From Bacteroidales bacterium (lineage in GTDB: Bacteria; Bacteroidota; Bacteroidia; Bacteroidales; UBA7960): DNA of 64,000 nt. The notes below the pieces were generated by a model, which was not told the origin of the DNA, made no database searches, and saw only the letters and a list, made by a program, of their open reading frames with translations. Below are positions 1 through 8,769 of this stretch, piece after piece; position 1 is the stretch's first letter; the number at the start of each line of letters is the position of its first letter. The position numbers and the translations under genes were made by a program. The stretch lies in assembly GCA_041687035.1 (NCBI GenBank), contig JAWLCS010000014.1, forward strand, positions 581 through 64,580, given 5' to 3'.

Positions 1-349
1 TCAGAAGAATGGCCATAAAATGCTAGCAATTGGTTGCATGCCCGACCATGTGCACATTTTCATTGGGTATAATGTGAACCAGCTTATCCCTGATCTGGTT
101 GAAAAGATAAAAACATCAAGCAATGCCTGGATAAAAGAAAATAGGCTCACCAAATTCAAATTTGAATGGCAGAAGGGTTACGGTGCATTTTCACACTCTA
201 AATCACAGAAACAAACTGTTATCAATTATATCCGGAATCAGGAAAACCATCATGCCAAAGCATCCTTTAAAGATGAATACCTAAATATCTTGCGAAAGAA
301 TGAAATCGAATTCGATGAAAAGTATGTTTTTGAGTTTTTTGAAGACTAG
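1..349 (+). CDS. IS200/RAYT-like Y1 (HUH) transposase, 3' part only; the 5' end lies outside the window
   Basis: The frame is open from nt 2 (QKNGHKMLAIGCMPDHVHIFIG...). It has an HUH motif (HVH), FEWQKGYGAFS and YIRNQENHH. It aligns along its whole length (about half the residues identical by eye) with the complete paralog at 61957-62439. Confidence 0.75.
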   Translation, partial: QKNGHKMLAIGCMPDHVHIFIGYNVNQLIPDLVEKIKTSSNAWIKENRLTKFKFEWQKGYGAFSHSKSQKQTVINYIRNQENHHAKASFKDEYLNILRKNEIEFDEKYVFEFFED

Positions 350-390
350 AAAGAATTGGGGAAAAACTTGCAACAACTTGTCCTACCGGA

Positions 391-2205
391 TTAATCTGCG
401 TTCCTGAAAAACTCTTTCAGAATTTTTGTTTTTGCAGTCCCGACGGCCTTAATCAGTTCTTCTTCGTTGGCTCGTTTTATGCCGGCTACAGATTTAAAGG
501 TGTTTAGGAGTATCTTTTCGGTTTGTGGTCCAATGCCTTTAATGTCTGACAGTTGCGACTTCAGGCTGCCTTTTTCGCGGCGATTGCGGTGGTGGGTAAT
601 ACCAAAACGATGGGCTTCATCGCGCAAATGCTGAACAATCTTCAGGGTCTCCGACTTTTTATCAATATAAATGGGGATGCTGTCGCCCGGAAAATAAATC
701 TCTTCGAGCCGCTTGGCAATGCCAATGACCGGCACTTTTCCTCGCAGCCCCAGAACCTCCAGGGCTTCCACCGCAGCACTGAGCTGCCCCTTTCCGCCAT
801 CGACCACCACCAGGTCGGGCAAAGGCTGCCCCTCGGCCAGCAAACGTTTATAACGGCGAGAAACGACCTCTTCCATGCTGGCAAAGTCATCAGGGCCTTC
901 AACGGTTTTAATATTAAAATGCCGGTACTCCTTCTTGCTTGGGCGTGCATTGCGAAACACCACCATGGCCGCCACCGGGTAGGTGCCCTGGGTGTTGCTG
1001 TTGTCGAAACATTCGATATAAGCCGGGGCGTTGGGCAGGTGAAGGTCTTCTTTCATCTTTTGCAGGATGCGCCGGGTGTGGCGCTCGGGATCGACCAGCT
1101 CCTTTTGCTTGAGTTTTTCAAGCCGGTGATATTTGGCGTTGCGCTCAGAAAGTTCCAGCAGTTTCTTTTTGTCGCCCCTTTGCGGGATAACAAAGCGCAC
1201 ATCAGGAATGGCCGTTTCGGGTTTAATGGGAACTACCGCCTCGGTGGCATTGCTCTGAAAGCGCTGACGGAGCTCAACTATTGCCATTTCCAGCAGTTGG
1301 GCATCGGTTTCATCAAGCTTCTTGCGAATTTCGAGGGTATGCGACTGCACCACCGCACCATTAACAACCTTCATGAAGTTCACATAACCGTGATCCTGGT
1401 CGCTGATCACCGAATACACATCCACATTGGTCACCGACATACTCACCACCGTTGATTTGCTCTGGTAGTTTTCAAGCAGTTCGATCTTTTCCTTCACCAC
1501 GTTGGCCTTTTCAAACTCGTATGCCGCCGCATATTTCTTCATGAGTTCCTTAAGCCGGGCATTCACCGTGCCCAGGTTGCCCTTAATGATCTCTTCGATT
1601 TGTGTCATGGTTTCCTGGTAATCCTCGGCACTTTGAAGGCCTTCGCAGGGCCCCTGGCAGTTGCCAATGTGGTATTGGAGACAGACCCTGAATTTTTTGG
1701 CCCTGATGTTTTCTTCACTTAAATTCAGGCGGCAGGTGCGGTATTGAAACAACTGGCGGACCAAGTCGAGCAGCGCGTGCATCATCTTGCCCGAAGCGTA
1801 AGGCCCGAAATACTTGCTGCCGTCGCGCACCACGTTGCGTGTGGGGAAAATGCGTGGAAAAGGTTCGTTCTTAATGCATATCCAAGGGTAGGTTTTGTCG
1901 TCCTTGAGCATTATGTTATAGCGCGGCTGGTATTTTTTGATCAGGTTGTTTTCCAGCAGCAGCGCATCCAGTTCGCTGTCCACAACAATATGCCGCACTT
2001 CGGCCACGCGCTTCACCATCACCATTACCTTGCCGCTGTCGTAGTTGTCACGGTTAAAGTAAGAAACAACCCGCTTCTTCAGGTTTTTGGCCTTACCAAT
2101 GTATATGATTTTGCCCTGCTCATCGAAAAACTGGTATACCCCCGGTTTCCCCGGAAGGGTTTTTAGTGCAAGCTGAATGTTTTCCTGGAATCTGGGATTT
2201 ATCAT
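391..2205 (-). CDS. uvrC: Excinuclease ABC subunit C
   Basis: GIY-YIG N-terminus (PGVYQFFDEQGKIIYIGKAKNLKKRVVSYF), UvrBC-interaction and endonuclease regions, and a C-terminal HhH (IKGIGPQTEKILL). The start is set at the ATG at 2205 (MINPRF...), which gives the canonical N-terminal length. The ORF also extends to an ATG at 2265. Confidence 0.93.
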   Translation of the reverse strand: MINPRFQENIQLALKTLPGKPGVYQFFDEQGKIIYIGKAKNLKKRVVSYFNRDNYDSGKVMVMVKRVAEVRHIVVDSELDALLLENNLIKKYQPRYNIMLKDDKTYPWICIKNEPFPRIFPTRNVVRDGSKYFGPYASGKMMHALLDLVRQLFQYRTCRLNLSEENIRAKKFRVCLQYHIGNCQGPCEGLQSAEDYQETMTQIEEIIKGNLGTVNARLKELMKKYAAAYEFEKANVVKEKIELLENYQSKSTVVSMSVTNVDVYSVISDQDHGYVNFMKVVNGAVVQSHTLEIRKKLDETDAQLLEMAIVELRQRFQSNATEAVVPIKPETAIPDVRFVIPQRGDKKKLLELSERNAKYHRLEKLKQKELVDPERHTRRILQKMKEDLHLPNAPAYIECFDNSNTQGTYPVAAMVVFRNARPSKKEYRHFNIKTVEGPDDFASMEEVVSRRYKRLLAEGQPLPDLVVVDGGKGQLSAAVEALEVLGLRGKVPVIGIAKRLEEIYFPGDSIPIYIDKKSETLKIVQHLRDEAHRFGITHHRNRREKGSLKSQLSDIKGIGPQTEKILLNTFKSVAGIKRANEEELIKAVGTAKTKILKEFFRNAD

Positions 2206-2268
2206 AGAGCAGGCCTTTGGCAAGGCAAATTTGGCGATTTTTTTCCAAACCTGCGCCTGGCACAAAAC

Positions 2269-3075
2269 CTATTTGCCCTGACTGTTTTGCCCCTTCTCGG
2301 GAAGGTATTTCCAGTACCTTTTGGGCATGAGGTTGGTCATTTGGCGGTGATTTTGCCGCTCTATGATGTTGATGGCATCGTAATATTCCTTCCACAGGGT
2401 GCTGTAGAAGTCTTCGTCCATATCCTTCACCTCCTGCGCCACATTGCCCGAGTTGAAGTCGATGCGGTGGTTTTCAAAAACGATTTCCTTAACGCTTTGA
2501 AGGTCATAAAAAATCCCGTAGTTCCTTTTGGTATCGTAAATGATCCAAGCCTGATCACCAAACCTGGCCCTGAAATGCCCTGCCAGCAATTTCAAAATGT
2601 TATGATCAGGCTCAATGGGCGCAAAAAACATCCCATCAGTGGTTTTTTGGAAGCGCACAAAACCATGGAAGCGATGCACTTCTTTTTTCACCTTACGGGA
2701 AATCTGAATCAGGTCAAAAACGTCATCATCAAGCGTGTTTTGCCAGAATTGCCCTGATGAGTCGGCAAAGAGCTTCTGCAGATAGCGCAGCAACACCATC
2801 TCTACGACGGGCAGTTCCGAAAGAAAGGCCACTTGCAGCAAACTGGCATTGCGGTGGCTCGACCGCCTGACAACTCCTTCGAGCACACGAGCTGCCCTTT
2901 GCAGATCTGTGTCAACCTGCAGGGTTTCGCCCAGCAACAACTGCGATGGCCGTGATGAGGAAATCACCGCTTCGGGAAAGACCCTGCGTTCGAAGCATTC
3001 GAACACGCAATTTAGCAGGCCTTCGAAGCTGCCATCGTAAACAAAACAAAGGTTTGATGATACCAGCTTATTCAT
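2269..3075 (-). CDS. DUF4130 / TIGR03915-type putative DNA metabolism protein (partner of the radical SAM protein)
   Basis: The size, the sequence character (LCFVYDGSFEGLLNCVFE..., FHGFVRFQ) and the obligate pairing with the upstream radical SAM gene all fit. The ATG at 3075 overlaps that gene's stop codon by 8 nt. Confidence 0.7.
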   Translation of the reverse strand: MNKLVSSNLCFVYDGSFEGLLNCVFECFERRVFPEAVISSSRPSQLLLGETLQVDTDLQRAARVLEGVVRRSSHRNASLLQVAFLSELPVVEMVLLRYLQKLFADSSGQFWQNTLDDDVFDLIQISRKVKKEVHRFHGFVRFQKTTDGMFFAPIEPDHNILKLLAGHFRARFGDQAWIIYDTKRNYGIFYDLQSVKEIVFENHRIDFNSGNVAQEVKDMDEDFYSTLWKEYYDAINIIERQNHRQMTNLMPKRYWKYLPEKGQNSQGK

Positions 3076-4318
3076 TTTCAAAAAGACTTAGCTGAATGTT
3101 TTGTTTTTCTTTGGGAGGGGCCAGTTTGCGGCGCAGGTACACCGGGTTCAGGTCGCGTACCTGCATGGGTAATTCGCGGCAAAGAATGAAGTAGCGGGCA
3201 CGGTTCAATGCTACGCCCATGCGTTTCAGGTGGGTGAAGGTAATGCTACCAAAGCGGCGGTTGGCCACAATAAGCTTGGCTGAACGCACCCCAATGCCCG
3301 GCACCCGAAGTATTTTTTCGTAAGGCGCCGAACTCAGGTCGACAGGAAAGTAATGCGGATTGCGCAAGGCCCATGCCAGCTTGGGGTCCAGGTTCGGATC
3401 GAGAAACAGGTTCTTGCCGCCTAAAATCTCATCATACTGAAATTCGTAAAACCGCATCAGCCAGTCGGCCTGGTAGAGGCGGTTTTCGCGCAGCAAGGGT
3501 GGCTTTTGCAGTGCCGGAAGGCGGCTGTCGCCAAGGTTTACCGGCACAAAACCAGAGTAATACACCCTTTTGAGTTGCTGCCGCTTGTAAAAGCCCGATG
3601 CCAGCTTCAGTATGTCGAAATCGCTTTCGGGGCTGGCACCCACAATAAGCTGGGTGCTCTGCCCGGCAGGCACAAAGCGGGGCGCCTTTCGGAATTTCGT
3701 CCTTTCGGCTTTGTTGGTCTCAATGCCCGTGTGTATCTGGTCCATAGGACTGAGCACGCTGGTGAAATCCTTTTCGGGGGCCAGAAGTTTAAGGTTGCTT
3801 TCGGAGGGAATTTCAATGTTCACGCTCAGACGATCGGCATACAGACCGGCCTCGGCCACCAGCTCAGGGCTGGCGCCGGGAATGGCCTTCATATGGATGT
3901 AACCGTTAAAATGCTGCTCTTCGCGCAGCTTGCGGGCCACGGCAATGAGGCGCTCCATGGTATGGTCGGGGCTTACCACCACCCCGGAACTCAAAAAAAG
4001 GCCTTCGATATAGTTGCGCCGGTAAAAATTTATGGTCAGGTCAACCAGTTCACCAACCGAAAAGGCTGCCCGCGGCACATCGTTGCTTCGGCGGTTTATG
4101 CAATAGGCACAATCGTAAATGCAATGGTTGGTATACAGGATTTTGAGAAGAGAAATGCAACGGCCATCTTCGGTAAACGAGTGACAAATGCCCGCCCGGG
4201 CGGCATTGCCCAAACCGCCATCTTTTGCAGGGCGGTTGCTGCCGCTCGAGGAGCAGGACACGTCGTACTTGGCGGCATCGGCAAGCACGCTAAGCTTCTT
4301 CAACACCCGTTCTTTCAT
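3068..4318 (-). CDS. Putative DNA modification/repair radical SAM protein (TIGR03916-like)
   Basis: CxxxCxxC motif (HCIYDCAYC) in the N-terminal half and a C-terminal helix-hairpin-helix (ILRVPGIGVRSAKLIV). About 416 aa and paired with the DUF4130 gene. Confidence 0.8.
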   Translation of the reverse strand: MKERVLKKLSVLADAAKYDVSCSSSGSNRPAKDGGLGNAARAGICHSFTEDGRCISLLKILYTNHCIYDCAYCINRRSNDVPRAAFSVGELVDLTINFYRRNYIEGLFLSSGVVVSPDHTMERLIAVARKLREEQHFNGYIHMKAIPGASPELVAEAGLYADRLSVNIEIPSESNLKLLAPEKDFTSVLSPMDQIHTGIETNKAERTKFRKAPRFVPAGQSTQLIVGASPESDFDILKLASGFYKRQQLKRVYYSGFVPVNLGDSRLPALQKPPLLRENRLYQADWLMRFYEFQYDEILGGKNLFLDPNLDPKLAWALRNPHYFPVDLSSAPYEKILRVPGIGVRSAKLIVANRRFGSITFTHLKRMGVALNRARYFILCRELPMQVRDLNPVYLRRKLAPPKEKQNIQLSLFENE

Positions 4319-4631
4319 TTACAAGAAAGATTTCCTGATTAAAAACTAATCAAAACCGTTCAATGTAAAATACGCTATATCCCTGAAAAACAAAAAGTTT
4401 TTTTCGGAAAAGGACCTTTCAAAACAGGGGCAAGAATAAAAAAATTTGTGACTTCTGTGCCTTCTTCGTGAAACTCTGTGTAACCAAAAACTATACACAA
4501 AGGATCTAAAAAAAGACTCAAAAGCCACAAAAGAACTTCGCGCAATAATGTCTTGGCGGTAATAAAAAATTTAAAACCGCGAAGACGCCATGACGCAAAG
4601 AAAAAACACAAGGAAAACCTTGCAGGAAAAC

Positions 4632-6878
4632 TTACCTGTCAATTGCGTAACGAAGGCCTACGTAGAACATTCTACCCATAATCGGGCCCCAAATCAAGGA
4701 ACCATCAAAGTAATCGCCAAATGGATCAGTTGAGGCAATTATGGGGTTCATTTGCCTGAAGTTGGTCAGGTTCTCGCCACCAAGGTAGAGGTCGAAAGCC
4801 CTGAGCCGGTAGGTAACCTGCCCCAGCAACATGATATGGGCAGGCGACTGACTTGGCATGCGAAACTGCTCGGGCAGCATGTCGGTTGAAGGAATGCGGC
4901 TCGGGCCGTTGAACTGGGCGGTCAGGTCGAACTGCCAGCGGTTACTGCGCGTGGCATATGAACCGGAAAGCAGGCCCTTGTAGCGATTTACAAATGGCTT
5001 CACTTCCAGCACATCGTTGATGGTGGTTTTTACATCGGTGTACCGGTAAGCTGCCGTCATCTCCAACCGTCGAAGGGGTTCAAAGCTCATCTCCACCTGG
5101 AAATTATTGGCATATGATTTCCCGTTCAGGTTGTAAAAACGTGCTTCATTCACATCGGTATCCACATCCACAATCAGCTGGTTTTGAAAATCGGTGCGGT
5201 AATATTCGGCCGTGATGGAAGCATCGTTTCCGAAAAGCATCAGGTGGCGCGATACGCTCCCGCCGTAATTCCAGGCCCTTTCGGGCTGTATTTCTTCAAG
5301 CACCCTGATTCGGCGATTGCTCACCAGCAGGCCGGTATTTTCGGCAATAAGGTTGGGCACCCGAAAGCCTTTTCCTGCAGAAGCGCGGAAAGTGGTATGC
5401 TCACCCAACCTATAGCGCGCATGAAAGCGGGGCGTCAGGAAAGCACCATAGATGTTATGGAAATCGGCACGCAAACCCGAAATAAAGGTGAAATTTTCGC
5501 CCAGATTCATGGTGTACTGACCAAAGACACCCGGCACAGCCTCGCGCCGCTCAAACAGGCTGTCAGCAAGCACTTCACTGTAGTCATCGAAAAGGAAACT
5601 CACACCAGTCGTAAACCTATGATCGGGGTTACGCGCAATGTTGTTTTCAAACAGAATATTGGCGTAAAAGGTATTCTGGGTGCCCTCATAGGTAGTCTGG
5701 CCGTAATGCGAATCGTGGCTGTGGTGCGAAAAGTCGAACTGGGTGCCAAGGCTGGCATCGGGCATATTGCGGAAAAAGAAACCGGTTTTTGCGAAAGCCT
5801 CATAACGGCTGGTGTTGATGCCGAATCCGTAATAATTGTCAGAGCCCCAGTTTTCGTTGTTATGAAAAAATGACTTTTGCCCTCCTTCACGCCCTTCATG
5901 CATTATTCTGACCCCAAACTGCGACTCCATAATGCCAGGACGGTCGTAGCGGTAACGGTTTATCACGTTAAACTTCCTGACCAGGGGGTGGTCGAGGAAA
6001 GTGTCGTGGTTGTGGTCGATGGTATTGTTGAGCAACTCGCCGTGCGCCATTACCATGGTATGCCAGCGGGGGTTCAGCCTTACTGCCGCATTTACAGAGC
6101 TTTCGAGCCGGCCAAAGTCGTTGGCATAGAAGTTATAGAACAGCTGCTCGGCGCTTTCGGGCTTTTTCAGCTCCACGTTGATCTGGCCAGTGATGGATTC
6201 GTAGCCATTGATCACGCTGGCAGCACCCTTCGACACCTGTATCGATTCCATCCAGGGGCCGGGCGTATAACTCAGCCCAAATGGCTGCCCTAGGCCACGA
6301 AGCGTTGGCATGTTCTCCGTAAGGATCTGGCTGTAAATGCCTGCCAGGCCAAGCAGCTGAATTTGCTGTGCTCCGGAAACCGCGTCGCTGTATGAAACAT
6401 CGATGGAAGCATTGGTCTCAAATGCTTCAGAAAGGTTACAGCAGGCAGCGCGCTGAAGCTCACTGCTGGTAATTACATTGGTTAGCATGGGCTCCAGCGT
6501 GGAGTAATGCGTGCCAGGCCGGCGTCCGGCAACCACCACTTCATCAAGATTGCGGGTTGCTTCCAGCACCACGCTGATCTCGGTGTCGGCAGCCGAAATG
6601 TTAAGGGTGTCGCTTTCATAGCCAATGTAGCTAACCACCAACTTATGCGGCAGCCGGGCCGGCTTTTCAAGCTGAAAGCGGCCCTCGGAATTGGTGGCAG
6701 CCCCACGGGTGGTGCCAAGCCACACCACATTGGCCCCGATAAGGGGGTTAAGGTGGAAATGATTCCCGTGTGGTTCGCTTTCGTAAACAACACCCTTCAG
6801 CATGCCACCTTGGGAAAACAAGCCTCCTGAAATAAAAGTCAGGATGGTAAAAATGAGTGTCTTTATTTTTGAGTTCAT
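4632..6878 (-). CDS. TonB-dependent receptor with N-terminal carboxypeptidase-regulatory-like domain
   Basis: Signal peptide, CarboxypepD_reg-like segment (GMLKGVVYES...), plug region, and a long beta-barrel ending in ...FYVGLRYAIDR. Confidence 0.88.
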   Translation of the reverse strand: MNSKIKTLIFTILTFISGGLFSQGGMLKGVVYESEPHGNHFHLNPLIGANVVWLGTTRGAATNSEGRFQLEKPARLPHKLVVSYIGYESDTLNISAADTEISVVLEATRNLDEVVVAGRRPGTHYSTLEPMLTNVITSSELQRAACCNLSEAFETNASIDVSYSDAVSGAQQIQLLGLAGIYSQILTENMPTLRGLGQPFGLSYTPGPWMESIQVSKGAASVINGYESITGQINVELKKPESAEQLFYNFYANDFGRLESSVNAAVRLNPRWHTMVMAHGELLNNTIDHNHDTFLDHPLVRKFNVINRYRYDRPGIMESQFGVRIMHEGREGGQKSFFHNNENWGSDNYYGFGINTSRYEAFAKTGFFFRNMPDASLGTQFDFSHHSHDSHYGQTTYEGTQNTFYANILFENNIARNPDHRFTTGVSFLFDDYSEVLADSLFERREAVPGVFGQYTMNLGENFTFISGLRADFHNIYGAFLTPRFHARYRLGEHTTFRASAGKGFRVPNLIAENTGLLVSNRRIRVLEEIQPERAWNYGGSVSRHLMLFGNDASITAEYYRTDFQNQLIVDVDTDVNEARFYNLNGKSYANNFQVEMSFEPLRRLEMTAAYRYTDVKTTINDVLEVKPFVNRYKGLLSGSYATRSNRWQFDLTAQFNGPSRIPSTDMLPEQFRMPSQSPAHIMLLGQVTYRLRAFDLYLGGENLTNFRQMNPIIASTDPFGDYFDGSLIWGPIMGRMFYVGLRYAIDR

Positions 6879-6883
6879 GGCTT

Positions 6884-7096
6884 TCAGGTTTTTTCGTACA
6901 AACGGTAGTCGCCCAAATCTTCAAGCAGGGCATTCATGTCGTCTGTTTTAATTTCGTCAGCAGATTTTATTTTAACAGTTGCAGAGGGAAGATCAACCTG
7001 CACTTTCTGCACGCCTGCCATCCCCGAAAGGGCCTTATGAACCCGGCTTACGCAGGCATTGCAATGCAGCCCACTTACTGAAAGAGTTTTTTCCAT
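6884..7096 (-). CDS. Heavy-metal-associated (HMA) domain protein, CopZ-like, without signal peptide
   Basis: 70 aa with the GLHCNAC metal-binding motif in an HMA-fold-length protein. It ends 5 nt upstream of the TonB-dependent receptor start. Confidence 0.85.
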   Translation of the reverse strand: MEKTLSVSGLHCNACVSRVHKALSGMAGVQKVQVDLPSATVKIKSADEIKTDDMNALLEDLGDYRLYEKT

Positions 7097-7107
7097 GGCT
7101 AAGTCGA

Positions 7108-7509
7108 TTATTCCTGGTTAAAAAGTTTGTTATTCTTCAGCATTTCGGGATCGCGCGGGTATTTGCAGCAATGGTGCAGGTTTTTATAGGTTTCCTCGTC
7201 GGTAATGAAATTTTCGGTATCATGACCGGCTTTTGCAATGCTGCGTTCGATCTCTTCCTGACTGGTGCGGTTGGCGCGGAAGTTTAGGGTTAGCAGGTTT
7301 TTCTGCTGATCCCAGCTAGCCGAACGCACGCCCCTGACGCTGTAGGCTGCTTTCTCAATCCGGTCCTTGCACATGCCGCAAAGGCCGAGCACCTTGATTT
7401 CGGTTTCCACATTGCCTTCAGGAGCGGGCTCCTGGGCATTCATTGGGTTGGAAAATCCTGCAAAAAGAATCAGGATAATAGTGACTACAAAAGATGATAT
7501 GGTTTTCAT
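7108..7509 (-). CDS. Secreted HMA-domain protein with additional C-terminal HHCC motif
   Basis: N-terminal signal peptide (SSFVVTIILILFAGFSNPMNA), a GLCGMC CxxC motif, and a distal NLHHCCKYP. Confidence 0.8.
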   Translation of the reverse strand: MKTISSFVVTIILILFAGFSNPMNAQEPAPEGNVETEIKVLGLCGMCKDRIEKAAYSVRGVRSASWDQQKNLLTLNFRANRTSQEEIERSIAKAGHDTENFITDEETYKNLHHCCKYPRDPEMLKNNKLFNQE

Positions 7510-7614
7510 AACTTAAAATTTTTCTGGTTAAAACTTGATTTGACACAATACGGCCATGCCTTTCATTGCTGTGGCAAGAAAGGCTCATGCTGTGCTGCAA
7601 AAAAGCAGCAAGTT

Positions 7615-8085
7615 TTAACAGAAAGCTATTTTAAGCTGATGGAGATAAACGAGATAATCGGTCCCTGAAAAGACAGGGGGCGGTGGCCGCTGATAGGCAG
7701 CGAAAAAAAGATCATCGGAAACATCTTCCGGCAGGTCAAGCCTGGCAATTTGCAATGGCAGGTTTACCAGGGAGGCCTCCACTTTAAGTGTGGTTGGGGC
7801 AACCAGCTCCTCGATCACAAAGAGTTGTGACTCATACTCGCAGCATGAGTCCATTGTAAAGGCCGAGGAACAGGCCATTGGTGCCCCGACAGGAGTGCAG
7901 CAAGAAACAGGCTCTTGCGCCTCGGCTGGAGTTTCCGTTTCGCAGCATGATGCCGGATTGTGCAGCGAATATTCGACAATATTGCAGGATGGGCAAGAAT
8001 GCTTCACCAAGCGGAATCCGGAGGCGGAAACCATAAAGGCCAGAAGCATGGTCCAGAGTGCAATATTTTTTAGAATTTCGCGCAT
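7615..8085 (-). CDS. Cys-rich membrane-anchored/secreted hypothetical protein (resembles the Bacteroidota family I recall as HYC_CC_PP)
   Basis: N-terminal hydrophobic segment, then HSCPSC, three CC pairs (SCCETE, SCCTP, SCCEY) and a PPPP near the C-terminus. It is the first gene of the HMA/TonB-dependent receptor operon. The family name comes from memory only. Confidence 0.5.
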   Translation of the reverse strand: MREILKNIALWTMLLAFMVSASGFRLVKHSCPSCNIVEYSLHNPASCCETETPAEAQEPVSCCTPVGAPMACSSAFTMDSCCEYESQLFVIEELVAPTTLKVEASLVNLPLQIARLDLPEDVSDDLFFAAYQRPPPPVFSGTDYLVYLHQLKIAFC

Positions 8086-8123
8086 TCCATAAAGTTATTT
8101 AAAATCTTTCTAAATAACAAGTT

Positions 8124-8642
8124 TTATTCGCTAATAATAATTTCCTCAGGCCGGTCGACATAGGCCGGAAACAAAGTGGTGCTGAGCAGGTGCCACTTCC
8201 CTTCAAACAAAGCGTAGGTAAGGGTTCCTTCAATGGTGTGCTCGCCTTCACTGAAAGTATTGGCCTCAAACAGGCTAATGATATTTTGCCGTTCTTCTTC
8301 CGATTCGGCTGCCTGCAGGGTGGCTTCAAAATTTTCGGCCCATCTTTCATTTACGTCAAAGGAAGTGGCAGTATAACGCTTAGAAATAACATGTCCTTTT
8401 TTGACCCGGATGCTGGCTTCAATAAGCAAATCTGCATATTTCCCATCCATATAAGTATCCTGCCTTTTTCCCACTACCTTAATGTCAAGCACCTGCACAT
8501 AATCCTTATAGATTTCTCTGTTGAAATGATGCTCGAGAGCCAGCCGCACGTCTTTTTTGCCGGGAAGTCCATCTGACTTGCAAGCTGCAAGGCTAAAGAA
8601 CAGAACGCCAATTACAAAAGCCGAAATAATCTTGTTATTCAT
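8124..8642 (-). CDS. Small lipoprotein, hypothetical
   Basis: The start is set at the internal ATG at 8642 (MNNKIISAFVIGVLFFSLAAC, lipobox LAAC). The longer ORF would overlap the upstream receptor gene. Confidence 0.6.
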   Translation of the reverse strand: MNNKIISAFVIGVLFFSLAACKSDGLPGKKDVRLALEHHFNREIYKDYVQVLDIKVVGKRQDTYMDGKYADLLIEASIRVKKGHVISKRYTATSFDVNERWAENFEATLQAAESEEERQNIISLFEANTFSEGEHTIEGTLTYALFEGKWHLLSTTLFPAYVDRPEEIIISE

Positions 8643-8769
8643 ATTCGCTATTTTTTTGAGGTCCAAAAATAGTGGAAAAAACAACCTCCCCGAATTTTTT
8701 GGCACATAAAAATGCAAGAGGCTGCCCCGGTTTGGAGCAGCCTCTTGAGAGTTTCTGAAAAGAAATTTA

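Noticed and set aside
4319-4631. A 313-bp spacer containing GTGACTTCTGTGCCTTCTTCGTGAAACTCTGTG and CGCGAAGACGCCATGACGCAAAG segments, plus an imperfect hairpin GTCTTGGCGG...CCGCGAAGAC. It resembles short intergenic repeat words I vaguely recall from Bacteroidota genomes.
   Set aside because: There is only one copy in this window, so its repetitiveness cannot be assessed. The resemblance comes from memory only. The two overlapping minus-strand ORFs (4346-4528 and 4375-4611) look like translation artefacts of this filler.
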